64,000 nucleotides of DNA from Patescibacteria group bacterium (lineage in GTDB: Bacteria; Patescibacteriota; Minisyncoccia; Phycocordibacterales; Phycocordibacteraceae), in NCBI GenBank assembly GCA_030837225.1, contig JAUPKX010000011.1:118-64117 (forward strand), given 5' to 3'. Position 1 is the stretch's first letter, and each line of letters opens with the position of its first letter. Both the position numbers and the translations under genes were made by a program. The notes below the pieces were generated by a model, which searched no databases, had not been told where the DNA came from, and worked only from the letters and a program-made list of their open reading frames with translations. Below are positions 28,411 through 36,057 of this stretch, in pieces.

Positions 28411-29046
28411 ATGGATCCATCAAATCATAAACATCTAGTGATGCTCGCTGTCCCAATTTTTGTTGCGGTCTTTACAGCAGGGTTGAGCTTTATTCTTGAT
28501 CCGCTTACCCTTCATATTGGTATTGGAGACGACTTTCAGCCAATGAAGCTTTTGATAGGCGGGGCTCTTCTTTTGTTTGCATTTGTCGCCCTCCTTGCGC
28601 TTTTCTTCCAAAAGCGCTGGACATTGCTTTCAATTTTGTTGGTACTATTTGTAGCTGCAACAATAGGAGTTATTACTCGTTGGGGAGGATTGATACCCGA
28701 GAAAGAAGTACTTTCCTCATCAGTCGTACTTGAATTCATGGAATCTCGACGCGAAATCGCTTTGCAATGCGTATTGGCCGGGTACAACTTGCAGTATCCT
28801 ACTCAACAGTACAATCCAAATCCTGGTAGTATCTGCGCATCTGCTCCTACAGGCTCTTGGTACTACCCAATTCACGAAGATCAAGAGCGTTTTAGCCAAG
28901 ATGGGTTTCCAAAGGGATGGCGTCTTAGCACAAAAGGTGACTATGATTTGAGTGACGGCACCTTTGTTTTTAGTGCTATTAGCGCACGCGGCGAAGTTAT
29001 TTATTGTGACGAAAAGACCTGCCAAATTGAAGTGAGTAATAAATAG
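28411..29046 (+). CDS. membrane protein (passenger gene inside the IS)
   Basis: 211 aa, 3-4 N-terminal TM helices + Cys-containing C-terminal domain; stop abuts IRR. Confidence 0.5.
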   Translation: MDPSNHKHLVMLAVPIFVAVFTAGLSFILDPLTLHIGIGDDFQPMKLLIGGALLLFAFVALLALFFQKRWTLLSILLVLFVAATIGVITRWGGLIPEKEVLSSSVVLEFMESRREIALQCVLAGYNLQYPTQQYNPNPGSICASAPTGSWYYPIHEDQERFSQDGFPKGWRLSTKGDYDLSDGTFVFSAISARGEVIYCDEKTCQIEVSNK

Positions 29047-29417
29047 GTCTACTTGGCGTTAAGGGATAAGTACCAAATATTTTGGGAGTAGGTAGAGACA
29101 CGTTTCAAGACACTGCACGGTCCTCTGTGTAACCATCAACACACTGTGGTAGAGCAGTGTAGTAGACAATGATAGTACAGAACTTAAACAGTCAGACAGA
29201 ATACGGCCCAGCTATTTACTAGATTTATGTTCGGAAAAGATATATTGTGCGAAGTTTATTCAAGAAGCTCCCAGAAGGGCTTTAGATCTTAATTCCTGCT
29301 TTCCTGTCTAGGGACCTTTTGTACTTCTCTACTCCCTCTTAGGATATCCCCATCGGCCAGGTCTGCCCCGGAGTTTCCTCTGCAAAATTACAAGTGCACT
29401 AATTTACACAAAAGGGA

Positions 29418-29457
29418 CCACTTCCCCGATTTCAGAAAAAGAGGTCCGGGGAAGTGG
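29418..29457. repeat. REP-like palindromic hairpin element, copy 2 (CCACTTCCCCG..CGGGGAAGTGG)
   Basis: Perfect 11-bp stem; shares AAAGGGA..CTTCCCCGAT..GGGGAAGTG with copy 1. Confidence 0.5.
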
Positions 29458-29545
29458 TTTGGTGTAATTAAACAGATCCTCGAAAGTTCCCCTGACTTCC
29501 CTGTCTCCGGATGCTTTTCCATGCAGACTGACGATCTGGCTTGTA

Positions 29546-29573
29546 TTGACATATGCAGAGTATCTGTTATTAT
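29546..29573 (+). promoter_or_regulatory. Strong sigma70-like promoter CTTGTATTGACA-N16-TATTAT
   Basis: Near-consensus -35/-10 about 45 nt upstream of ORF 29621; same extended -35 (CTTGTATTGACA) as the TA promoter. Confidence 0.5.
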
Positions 29574-29620
29574 ACTTTCAGGTTATAGACACGGGCAATT
29601 AGGCCCTGGGAGATCCTTTT

Positions 29621-29872
29621 ATGCTGAAAGTATTAGGTGCTGTCGTCAGCACAATGTTGGCTACGGTGTCCATCATCGCGGCACAGGCCACTTGGGGCTT
29701 CTTTGAAGCTCAGAGAAGTGCGGCGCTGGCATTCACACTGGTAGACTGGGTGCTCATTGCACTCATGCTGCTGTTCAGTGCCGTGCTGGCCCTGTTCGCC
29801 ACCATCGTCGTCCGGGCCACCTTCCCCAAAAAGAGGCGCCCGTACAGAGCCATCACGGATTCCTGGGACTGA
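29621..29872 (+). CDS. small membrane protein (83 aa), GC-rich, likely horizontally acquired
   Basis: Two TM helices; CTG/GCC-rich codon usage unlike neighbours. Confidence 0.4.
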   Translation: MLKVLGAVVSTMLATVSIIAAQATWGFFEAQRSAALAFTLVDWVLIALMLLFSAVLALFATIVVRATFPKKRRPYRAITDSWD

Positions 29873-29894
29873 GAATCCCGCCGAACTGAAACAA

Positions 29895-29927
29895 GGGCCG
29901 GAGAGTGAAAACACTCCCGGCCTTTTT
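29895..29927 (+). terminator. Rho-independent terminator GGGCCGGAGAGTGAAAACACTCCCGGCC + TTTTT
   Basis: Stem-loop + T-tract after ORF 29621..29872. Confidence 0.6.
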
Positions 29928-30167
29928 CTATATGTGTAAACAACAAACTGCCTGTGAAGGCAGTTGTGTGATGGTAGCCACCATCTCGGTCCAGTTTCCT
30001 GTTGTACCAGGGGCCGGAATCCGCATACTAGCACCTTGTCTCTTACCGCGCCTTCTTTCCGTAGTAGGTCGCGCGCACTGGCTTCTTCACTCCTTTATTT
30101 GAAAATCCACTTGGGCTTCCCTTTGGTATCCAGGCTGGCACTGCTTTCTTCTTTGGTGTATCCATAT

Positions 30168-30371
30168 CTATTTGTTCTTGTGATGGTCCCGCCAGCCGAA
30201 CGTGTAGAGGAAAAGTGCGAGCGGTACAAACCATCCTACGAACTCAGTGAACGTGAAGCTCGAGGAGAATGGTAGGTAGCTCGCCTTATCAATTGCCCAC
30301 AAGGTAGCAATGCCTCCAAAAGCCCAGAGCGTAAGCAGCTGAGGTTTTGAAATACTGTAGAAACGCTTCAT
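30168..30371 (-). CDS. small membrane protein (67 aa, 2 TM)
   Basis: Hydrophobic ORF, last gene of minus-strand exo-LOG operon. Confidence 0.45.
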   Translation of the reverse strand: MKRFYSISKPQLLTLWAFGGIATLWAIDKASYLPFSSSFTFTEFVGWFVPLALFLYTFGWRDHHKNK

Positions 30372-30377
30372 GCTTCC

Positions 30378-30512
30378 CTATCCCTTAGTAGCGACGATGA
30401 GCACATGGAGAAGACTGATAATAGTACTCGCAAATCCAGTCCAAAAGGCGTAGACCTCAAGACCTGCATCATTCTTAGCTGAAGCGTGTTTGCGTGCTTT
30501 CCGGCGTGTCAT
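30378..30512 (-). CDS. tiny tail-anchored membrane protein (44 aa), paralog of 30534..30692
   Basis: Hand-translated MTRRKARKHASAKNDAGLEVYAFWTGFASTIISLLHVLIVATKG; basic N-terminus + C-terminal TM; not in ORF track (<60 aa). Confidence 0.4.
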   Translation of the reverse strand: MTRRKARKHASAKNDAGLEVYAFWTGFASTIISLLHVLIVATKG

Positions 30513-30533
30513 ATACGAACTAGAATATCACGT

Positions 30534-30692
30534 CTACTGAAGCGCGGTAACAATAAGCTGCACAAGTGAAATAAGCGTACTCAGGAGACCTGTGAGGAAC
30601 GCATACTTCCGTAGTCGCCTGCTGCGTGGATCCTGCTTCTTGCTGTGAAGCGATTTAGAGAGGAGTTTCTTCTGACTGAAGTTAAGTCCCAT
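30534..30692 (-). CDS. tiny tail-anchored membrane protein (52 aa), paralog of 30378..30512
   Basis: Hand-translated MGLNFSQKKLLSKSLHSKKQDPRSRRLRKYAFLTGLLSTLISLVQLIVTALQ; shares YAFxTGxxSTxISL motif with neighbour. Confidence 0.4.
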   Translation of the reverse strand: MGLNFSQKKLLSKSLHSKKQDPRSRRLRKYAFLTGLLSTLISLVQLIVTALQ

Positions 30693-30702
30693 ACGTGTTT
30701 GG

Positions 30703-31497
30703 TTAGCAGGCTGTAACAGTCTTCTTAATGTACTCGAATGCCTCGTCTACCGAATCAACGACGTGGAAGAGCGCGAGATCCTCTTCGCTTATGGTTGCGT
30801 ACTTCCCGAGAAGGTGGCTCCGGAAGAGATCTATGATCGGATCCCAGAATCCCTTGCCATACAGCACAATCGGTACTGACTTAATTTTCTTTGTCTGCAC
30901 AAGTGTAAGAATCTCGGTGAACTCATCAAGTGTGCCGTACCCGCCCGGGAAGTAGACATAGACTTCGGACGCGAACGCGAGCATAACCTTGCGCACGAAG
31001 AAATGATCGAAGGTGAAGGAATCAGTGAGGTACGTGTTGTCGGACTGCTTGTCCTCGAGTCGGATATTGAGACCAACCGAAGATCCTCCTGCGTCATGAG
31101 CTCCCTTATTCCCTGCCTCCATGATGCCGGCAGAGCCGCCCGTAACAACCGCGTAGCCTGCTTTTGCGAGTTTCGCGGCGAGTTCGACAGCTTCTTGGTA
31201 GTAATGATGATCAGGCTCTGTGCGGACACTCCCAAAGAACGTCACCGCAAGACCGTACTTCTTCAAGAGATCAAACCCGTCCACGAACTCCGCCATAATC
31301 TTAAACACTCTCCAGCTCTCAAGTTGTTGAGGCTTACACACAAGTGGTGCAGGATTGTTTGGTACGTCCCCCTTCCCTTCCTCAATAGCACGCGTAAGAA
31401 CGTTGCCCATCTCGCGATTACGCTCCTGCTTTGGCTCGCCTTCGTCAGGGGCGTACAGGCTCATTGTTGGTGTTGTGATTATCGGTTCGTCTCCCAT
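30703..31497 (-). CDS. LOG-family protein (cytokinin riboside 5'-monophosphate phosphoribohydrolase-like, TIGR00730)
   Basis: Motifs GGSAGIMEAGNKGA and PGGYGTLDEFTEILT (PGGxGTxxE). Confidence 0.75.
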   Translation of the reverse strand: MGDEPIITTPTMSLYAPDEGEPKQERNREMGNVLTRAIEEGKGDVPNNPAPLVCKPQQLESWRVFKIMAEFVDGFDLLKKYGLAVTFFGSVRTEPDHHYYQEAVELAAKLAKAGYAVVTGGSAGIMEAGNKGAHDAGGSSVGLNIRLEDKQSDNTYLTDSFTFDHFFVRKVMLAFASEVYVYFPGGYGTLDEFTEILTLVQTKKIKSVPIVLYGKGFWDPIIDLFRSHLLGKYATISEEDLALFHVVDSVDEAFEYIKKTVTAC

Positions 31498-32084
31498 GGA
31501 ATATCGAATGTACTAAAGTCGGGCAATAGATTCCTATTATACGCTATGCGTGAAATCACCTCTGCATGGCAATATGCTCCGGTGAGTGCATTATGCGGTT
31601 TTGGTTCTCCAGGAACGCCACAGTATGCAAGTGCAGCGTCGAGATTTATCGCGGAGTGTCCATTCTTCGTTGGCGGCTCAATACCCCGCGTAACCATGTG
31701 CATCCATGTAATCGAATGGACATCGATAGTGCGCTTTGCGAACGGGCACTCAATCCCCGCACGCTTGCAGGCAGCCTGTACGAACTCAAGATCAAAGGAC
31801 ACGTTCTGTGCGGCGAGTGTACGTTCTTTTGGTCGGTCCATAGCCCACGCAACAAAGGCTTTAATGAGACCTTCCTCAGTCTGCTTTTTCGAGCCCTGCT
31901 CTTTAACCTCTTCCCTCTCAAACCCATTTATCGCGAGTGCCTCGTCTTCAATCTCCGCGCCGTTCCATACCTGGCATTCCTCGTAGAACTGGTTCGTCGG
32001 ATCGTTGAGATCGAGCGCACCTAAGGAAAGGATGGAGTGTCTCTCTGGCACGAGGCCGGTTGTCTCAACATCAAGGACTATCAT
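31479..32084 (-). CDS. DnaQ-like 3'-5' exonuclease (DEDDh fold), Exo III motif variant
   Basis: Exo I LDVETTGL, Exo II NVSFDLEF, Exo III HNALTGAYCHAEV (Gly where Asp is expected); overlaps LOG gene by 19 nt. Confidence 0.65.
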   Translation of the reverse strand: MIVLDVETTGLVPERHSILSLGALDLNDPTNQFYEECQVWNGAEIEDEALAINGFEREEVKEQGSKKQTEEGLIKAFVAWAMDRPKERTLAAQNVSFDLEFVQAACKRAGIECPFAKRTIDVHSITWMHMVTRGIEPPTKNGHSAINLDAALAYCGVPGEPKPHNALTGAYCHAEVISRIAYNRNLLPDFSTFDIPWETNR

Positions 32085-32098
32085 TTCCCTATTCTACC

Positions 32099-32521
32099 CT
32101 AGAGCCCTGGACAGTTGGCAGCAGGAGCATAGCCCGCAGCTTCTGCTTCTGCTTTGGTCTGGAACCACACAATATTCTCAGTCTTGATTCGCTTTACGCC
32201 GCCACAGGTTGGCAGATAGTACTTGGTGCCATTCTTTGAGGCCATATAGGTACCAGAGGTTGCTGCAGGAACTGAAGACTTTTCCAAGCTAACCGCTTCT
32301 ATAGCCGCTGCCGGACCCCCAGTACTTGGGAGTGCCTTCTCAGGAAGCTGCTCTATCCAGAAACCGTCCTTCCCTTCAGCTTTAACCATATCCTTCCCCG
32401 TCAGAATCCCGAGTCCGAAGGCCAGGGCCGAAGAAAGGATAAGTACCAAAACAACGAGGATATCAGGCGGAATACGGCCTAGGACCTCCTTGCCTCTATG
32501 TGTACCGTCTGCTATAGTCAT
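32099..32521 (-). CDS. membrane-anchored protein with C-terminal Ada-like Zn-binding-type segment (hypothetical)
   Basis: N-terminal TM after MTIADGTHRGKE; C-terminal YYLPTCGG..ENIVWFQTKAEAEAAGYAPAANC resembles N-Ada metal-binding pattern. Confidence 0.4.
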   Translation of the reverse strand: MTIADGTHRGKEVLGRIPPDILVVLVLILSSALAFGLGILTGKDMVKAEGKDGFWIEQLPEKALPSTGGPAAAIEAVSLEKSSVPAATSGTYMASKNGTKYYLPTCGGVKRIKTENIVWFQTKAEAEAAGYAPAANCPGL

Positions 32522-32541
32522 ACCTAAGTAAAGTATAACGT

Positions 32542-32820
32542 ATGGCAAGTACAAAGGCTGGAGGATCAGCAAAAAACCTCAATGACTCAAACCCGAAATT
32601 CCTCGGGGTTAAGCTTTCTGATGGCCAGGCAGCTCGTCCGGGCATGATTATCGTCCGCCAGCGCGGTACGAAGATCGAAGCAGGCAAGAACGTAAAGGTT
32701 GGCCATGACCACACCCTCTACTCCATGGTTGTAGGCAAGGTCTCCTTCCGTAGCCGCCGCAAGACCAACTTTGACGGCCGTGTCGTCCAGAAGAAGGTTG
32801 TCGACGTCGTACCTGCGTAA
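32542..32820 (+). CDS. rpmA: 50S ribosomal protein L27
   Basis: N-terminus [24 protein letters not shown] typical of L27. Confidence 0.85.
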   Translation: MASTKAGGSAKNLNDSNPKFLGVKLSDGQAARPGMIIVRQRGTKIEAGKNVKVGHDHTLYSMVVGKVSFRSRRKTNFDGRVVQKKVVDVVPA

Positions 32821-32837
32821 TACACCTCCAAGCTCCC

Positions 32838-32866
32838 AAAGAGACCGCTAGCAATAGCGGTTTTCC
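32838..32866 (+). terminator. Terminator AGAGACCGCTAGCAATAGCGGTTTTCC
   Basis: Stem GACCGCTA/TAGCGGT + T-tract after rpmA. Confidence 0.6.
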
Positions 32867-32986
32867 TATTTGACATATGTATATATGTGTGCTAATCTTT
32901 ATTTGGACTTTCACTGGTACGTACTGAACGGCTTCGCGCCACACTTACTTGCCAGTCCCCTTAGCTCTTACACAAGGATATACGTT

Positions 32987-33628
32987 ATGAAGTTCTTCGG
33001 AACCCTGAAAGCCATGGCTGCCATCGCAGTCATTGCTCTGACCGTCAGCGCCTGCAAGGGCAACGACGAGAAAGCCGCACAGGCGGCTGCACAAGCTCCG
33101 GCTGCGGCCGTGGCTCAAACACCCCCGCCAGCGGCCTTGCCGAAACCCCTGCCTACCGAACAACAGGTTTCGACCTGCACAGATGCGACGCTCGAGGAGA
33201 ATAATATCTCCGTCCACGGCGCCCGCCATCTGCAGATCGGTCAGGCCATGACTCTGGTCGTCAACGGCCAGAAGCGCCAGGTCACTATCGCCGCCGGCGA
33301 CAAGGTCTGGAAAATGTGTCGGGCTGCACTGACGGATCCCGCCAGCGCACGCTTCTACGCCGCCAAGGAAGAAGCCGCTGCGCTGAACCCGCAGTTGGTT
33401 GCCCTCAACGACGAGGTCGCGGCCGCTCAGGCCGTCGTGACCGAGAAGGCACGTGCACGGGACTTGGTTATGGTCCAGATTGATGCTGCCAACCGGAAGG
33501 TTGCTGCCGCACAGACCGACCTGAATACAGCCTATGCCGCTGAAGTCGCGACCCAACGTCGACAGGCTGAGGCCGCCACGCGTGCGCGTGCGCAACGGCC
33601 CACACCGGCAACTCAGGCAACGTCCTGA
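32987..33628 (+). CDS. high-GC Ala/Gln-rich lipoprotein (lipobox LTVSAC), probable horizontal acquisition
   Basis: About 65% GC vs about 52% background; signal + lipobox cysteine; Ala-rich coiled C-terminus; native-type promoter TTGACA-N17-TAATCT upstream. Confidence 0.55.
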   Translation: MKFFGTLKAMAAIAVIALTVSACKGNDEKAAQAAAQAPAAAVAQTPPPAALPKPLPTEQQVSTCTDATLEENNISVHGARHLQIGQAMTLVVNGQKRQVTIAAGDKVWKMCRAALTDPASARFYAAKEEAAALNPQLVALNDEVAAAQAVVTEKARARDLVMVQIDAANRKVAAAQTDLNTAYAAEVATQRRQAEAATRARAQRPTPATQATS

Positions 33629-33837
33629 CAACCCTATCCTGCTCCGTTATGGAGCCCTGCTGAACTAGGTTAGTGTTCAACAGCACCTTACAACAAGCTT
33701 CTCCGGGACCCAGGATTAACCTGTACGTCCACGTCGTAGATAAGTGCCCCGTAGCTTTCGAGCTACGTTCGTTCCAAGGTAACGCGGAATTCGAAGTCTC
33801 AGATTAGAGACGAGGCGGTCTTGTAAGACTATAAACA

Positions 33838-33866
33838 AAGGCGACCCTCCCCGGGCCGCCTTTATC
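33838..33866 (-). terminator. Hairpin terminator downstream of rplI
   Basis: AAAGGCG..CGCCTTT palindrome followed (minus strand) by TTTGTTTAT. Confidence 0.5.
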
Positions 33867-33881
33867 TATATCCACTTTTAT

Positions 33882-34307
33882 TTATTCTGCTTCAATCGTA
33901 ATGGAAAGCTTTCCGAAACTCTCGCCGTGCGAGACTGGCACATCAAAGGTACCGAGTTCCTTGAATGGCTTTTCAAGCTTAATTGCATCCACTGGCAATT
34001 CCGTTGCCTTCGCAATATCAGCTGCGTCAACGGCGTCATAGAGGTGTCCCTTCTCGTTCGCCTTTTTGAGGATAACAATGCGCTCCTCGGAAAGTGCTGA
34101 GAGGCGGTCCTGGATAAGCTTCACATCTAGCTCCTTTCGGTCAATGTCCTGCTTTAGGCGAAGCTCAGCCTGCTTTAGGTTAGCGGGTGTTGCGAGAGCA
34201 GCCATGCCCCGAGGAATAAGGAAGTTCTGTGCGTGGCCATCTGCACAGGTAACGACAGCTCCAGCACGGCCCGTGTTCTTAACGTCTTTCAGTAGTACAA
34301 CTTTCAT
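33882..34307 (-). CDS. rplI: 50S ribosomal protein L9
   Basis: MKVVLLKDVKNTGRAGAVV N-terminus typical of L9. Confidence 0.85.
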   Translation of the reverse strand: MKVVLLKDVKNTGRAGAVVTCADGHAQNFLIPRGMAALATPANLKQAELRLKQDIDRKELDVKLIQDRLSALSEERIVILKKANEKGHLYDAVDAADIAKATELPVDAIKLEKPFKELGTFDVPVSHGESFGKLSITIEAE

Positions 34308-34409
34308 ATATAGGCATCCTACCGGTCCTGGGGCTATAGGGCAAATTGACGATTCTAGATTTTACTGATTATCTCTAATTAGGCACTTGAACACGAAAGG
34401 GGCAAATCA

Positions 34410-34742
34410 ATGTCGGAATCTAGGTTATATGGATTTGAGCGATCACAGGCTCTCGAGCTACTCGGCTCGTCCGCGGCTCGTACACACTACGTGATGGAGC
34501 CAACGTTGAGCGGAATGATCACGGGCGCAGTCCTTGGGGCAATCTCGTTTTTCTACTTCCACGGATTCCAGGCCCTGCAAACATCCGATGGTTGGCGTCA
34601 GTTCTTTTTCTCCCTTGTTCTTGGTGTGCTTCTGGTTGGAGGAATCCTTTGGGCCTCACACTACGAGAACATCGAAAAGTTACTCAGAGCAGATCGTGAC
34701 GCAAGGGTCTTGAACCAGATGCGACATAGTGACAACCACTAG
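34410..34742 (+). CDS. hypothetical membrane protein (110 aa)
   Basis: Two TM ORF with SD-like AAAGGGG upstream. Confidence 0.45.
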   Translation: MSESRLYGFERSQALELLGSSAARTHYVMEPTLSGMITGAVLGAISFFYFHGFQALQTSDGWRQFFFSLVLGVLLVGGILWASHYENIEKLLRADRDARVLNQMRHSDNH

Positions 34743-34791
34743 TAGCGCAAAACCGCCCGGCTTCGTAGCCGGGCGGTTTCTTCATTGCGTT

Positions 34792-36057
34792 TTATTTCCC
34801 TGTCGTAAGGAATTGTATGGCGCGCGCCTTCTGCGGGTCCGCCTTAGCTTCCCTGTCCTCCTTAGTGTACAGGACCTCAATATCAGGTGTGAGTCCGCCA
34901 TCAGAGATGGAACGTCCTGCAGGAGTCAGCCACCGAGCGATCGTAACCTTGAGTGCGCCGCCATTGATATCAACCAGTTCCTGTACTGAGCCCTTGCCAA
35001 ACGAGCGCGTACCGATGAGTGTTGCAACGTCAGCGTCCTGAAGCGCTCCTGCAAGAATCTCAGAGGCTGACGCCGAGCCTTGGTCTATAAGGACCACAAC
35101 CTTAGTGCCCTCAGGCAGTCCTCCGATACCACGACTTCGATGCACGACATTCTCCTGCTTGCCCTTGTAGTCTTCGGTAACAACCGCAGCACCCTTCGGG
35201 AGGAAGTGGCTAGCGATAGCGACCGATGATTCGAGGTAGCCCCCTGGATTGCTGCGAAGATCTATAACAAGTTTCGTAGAGCCAGACTTCCTGAATTCAG
35301 CGATTGCCTTGGAGAAAAGCTGGCTCGAGTTAGCGGTGAAGCTGTAGAAAGAAATGATGTAAACACCGCTCTCGTCGAGCTTTGACTCGATAGTTGGAAC
35401 CGTAATGATGTCGCGCACAACAGCAATCTCAACAGATTCTCCATCACGCAAAATCACGAACGTAACCGTCGTACCCTTCTCGCCGCGGATGAGCTTCACT
35501 GCTTCGTCAGTCGACATGCCGTCGGTAGAGATCTTATCAATCGAGATAATCATATCTCCCGAGCGTAGTCCTGCTCGTTCAGCAGGAGTTCCCTTAAGGG
35601 GCGCTATAACCGTAAGCACTCCTTCTTTAATGCCAATTTCCATGCCAACACCCTGGAAGTTTCCTCTAATGTCGTCCTGGAACTTCTTTGCCTCTGTTGG
35701 TGGCATGAATACCGTGTACGGGTCGCCATAAGATGACGCAAGGCCCTGAATAGCACCCCATATCTTGCTCTCAGAAGACGGGGGTGTGCTCGTTGCACGT
35801 GTCTGGACAAAGCGCTCATTGAGCGCGTTCCAAGCCTTCCAGAAGTCCGCAAGATCTGCAGACGTATCAGGTGTTGCGTCAAGACCATCCCCAAGAAGCG
35901 GGACGTTCGAGAGCATGCGACTGCCGCCGGCGGCGCCAACGGTGACACCACCCGCAAATCCAATCGCAAGCATGAGCGCAAGTGACACGCCGAGCTTAGC
36001 GAGCTTAGCAAACGAACCAGGGCGCACGTCGGTGTCTTCGGAAGGATTCATACCCAA
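34792..36057 (-). CDS. ctpA: C-terminal processing peptidase (S41, CtpA/Prc-like)
   Basis: PDZ domain + S41 motifs (LRSNPGGYL, SASASEILAGALQD). Confidence 0.8.
   Translation of the reverse strand: MGMNPSEDTDVRPGSFAKLAKLGVSLALMLAIGFAGGVTVGAAGGSRMLSNVPLLGDGLDATPDTSADLADFWKAWNALNERFVQTRATSTPPSSESKIWGAIQGLASSYGDPYTVFMPPTEAKKFQDDIRGNFQGVGMEIGIKEGVLTVIAPLKGTPAERAGLRSGDMIISIDKISTDGMSTDEAVKLIRGEKGTTVTFVILRDGESVEIAVVRDIITVPTIESKLDESGVYIISFYSFTANSSQLFSKAIAEFRKSGSTKLVIDLRSNPGGYLESSVAIASHFLPKGAAVVTEDYKGKQENVVHRSRGIGGLPEGTKVVVLIDQGSASASEILAGALQDADVATLIGTRSFGKGSVQELVDINGGALKVTIARWLTPAGRSISDGGLTPDIEVLYTKEDREAKADPQKARAIQFLTTGK

Larger units (their letters stand above)
27423..29074 (+). mobile_element. IS1595-family insertion sequence with passenger gene; 26-bp imperfect terminal IRs (GGTACCTATCCCTTGACGCCAAGTAG / CTACTTGGCGTTAAGGGATAAGTACC), flanked by 8-bp direct repeats AAATATTT
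   Basis: IRs 24/26 identical read directly; identical 8-mer AAATATTT at 27415-27422 and 29075-29082; encodes IS1595/ISXO2-like transposase. Confidence 0.75.

Noticed and set aside
32870-33640. GC-rich lipoprotein gene as contamination/chimeric assembly
   Set aside because: It is flanked on both sides by native-composition terminators and a native-style promoter within continuous sequence. Cannot be fully excluded without read data, so kept as an HGT finding instead
33640-33880. Possible ncRNA (tmRNA/SRP/RNase P fragment) in the spacer after the GC-rich lipoprotein gene
   Set aside because: No conserved tmRNA tRNA-like end, SRP domain IV or RNase P P4 motifs found; only generic hairpins and the rplI terminator
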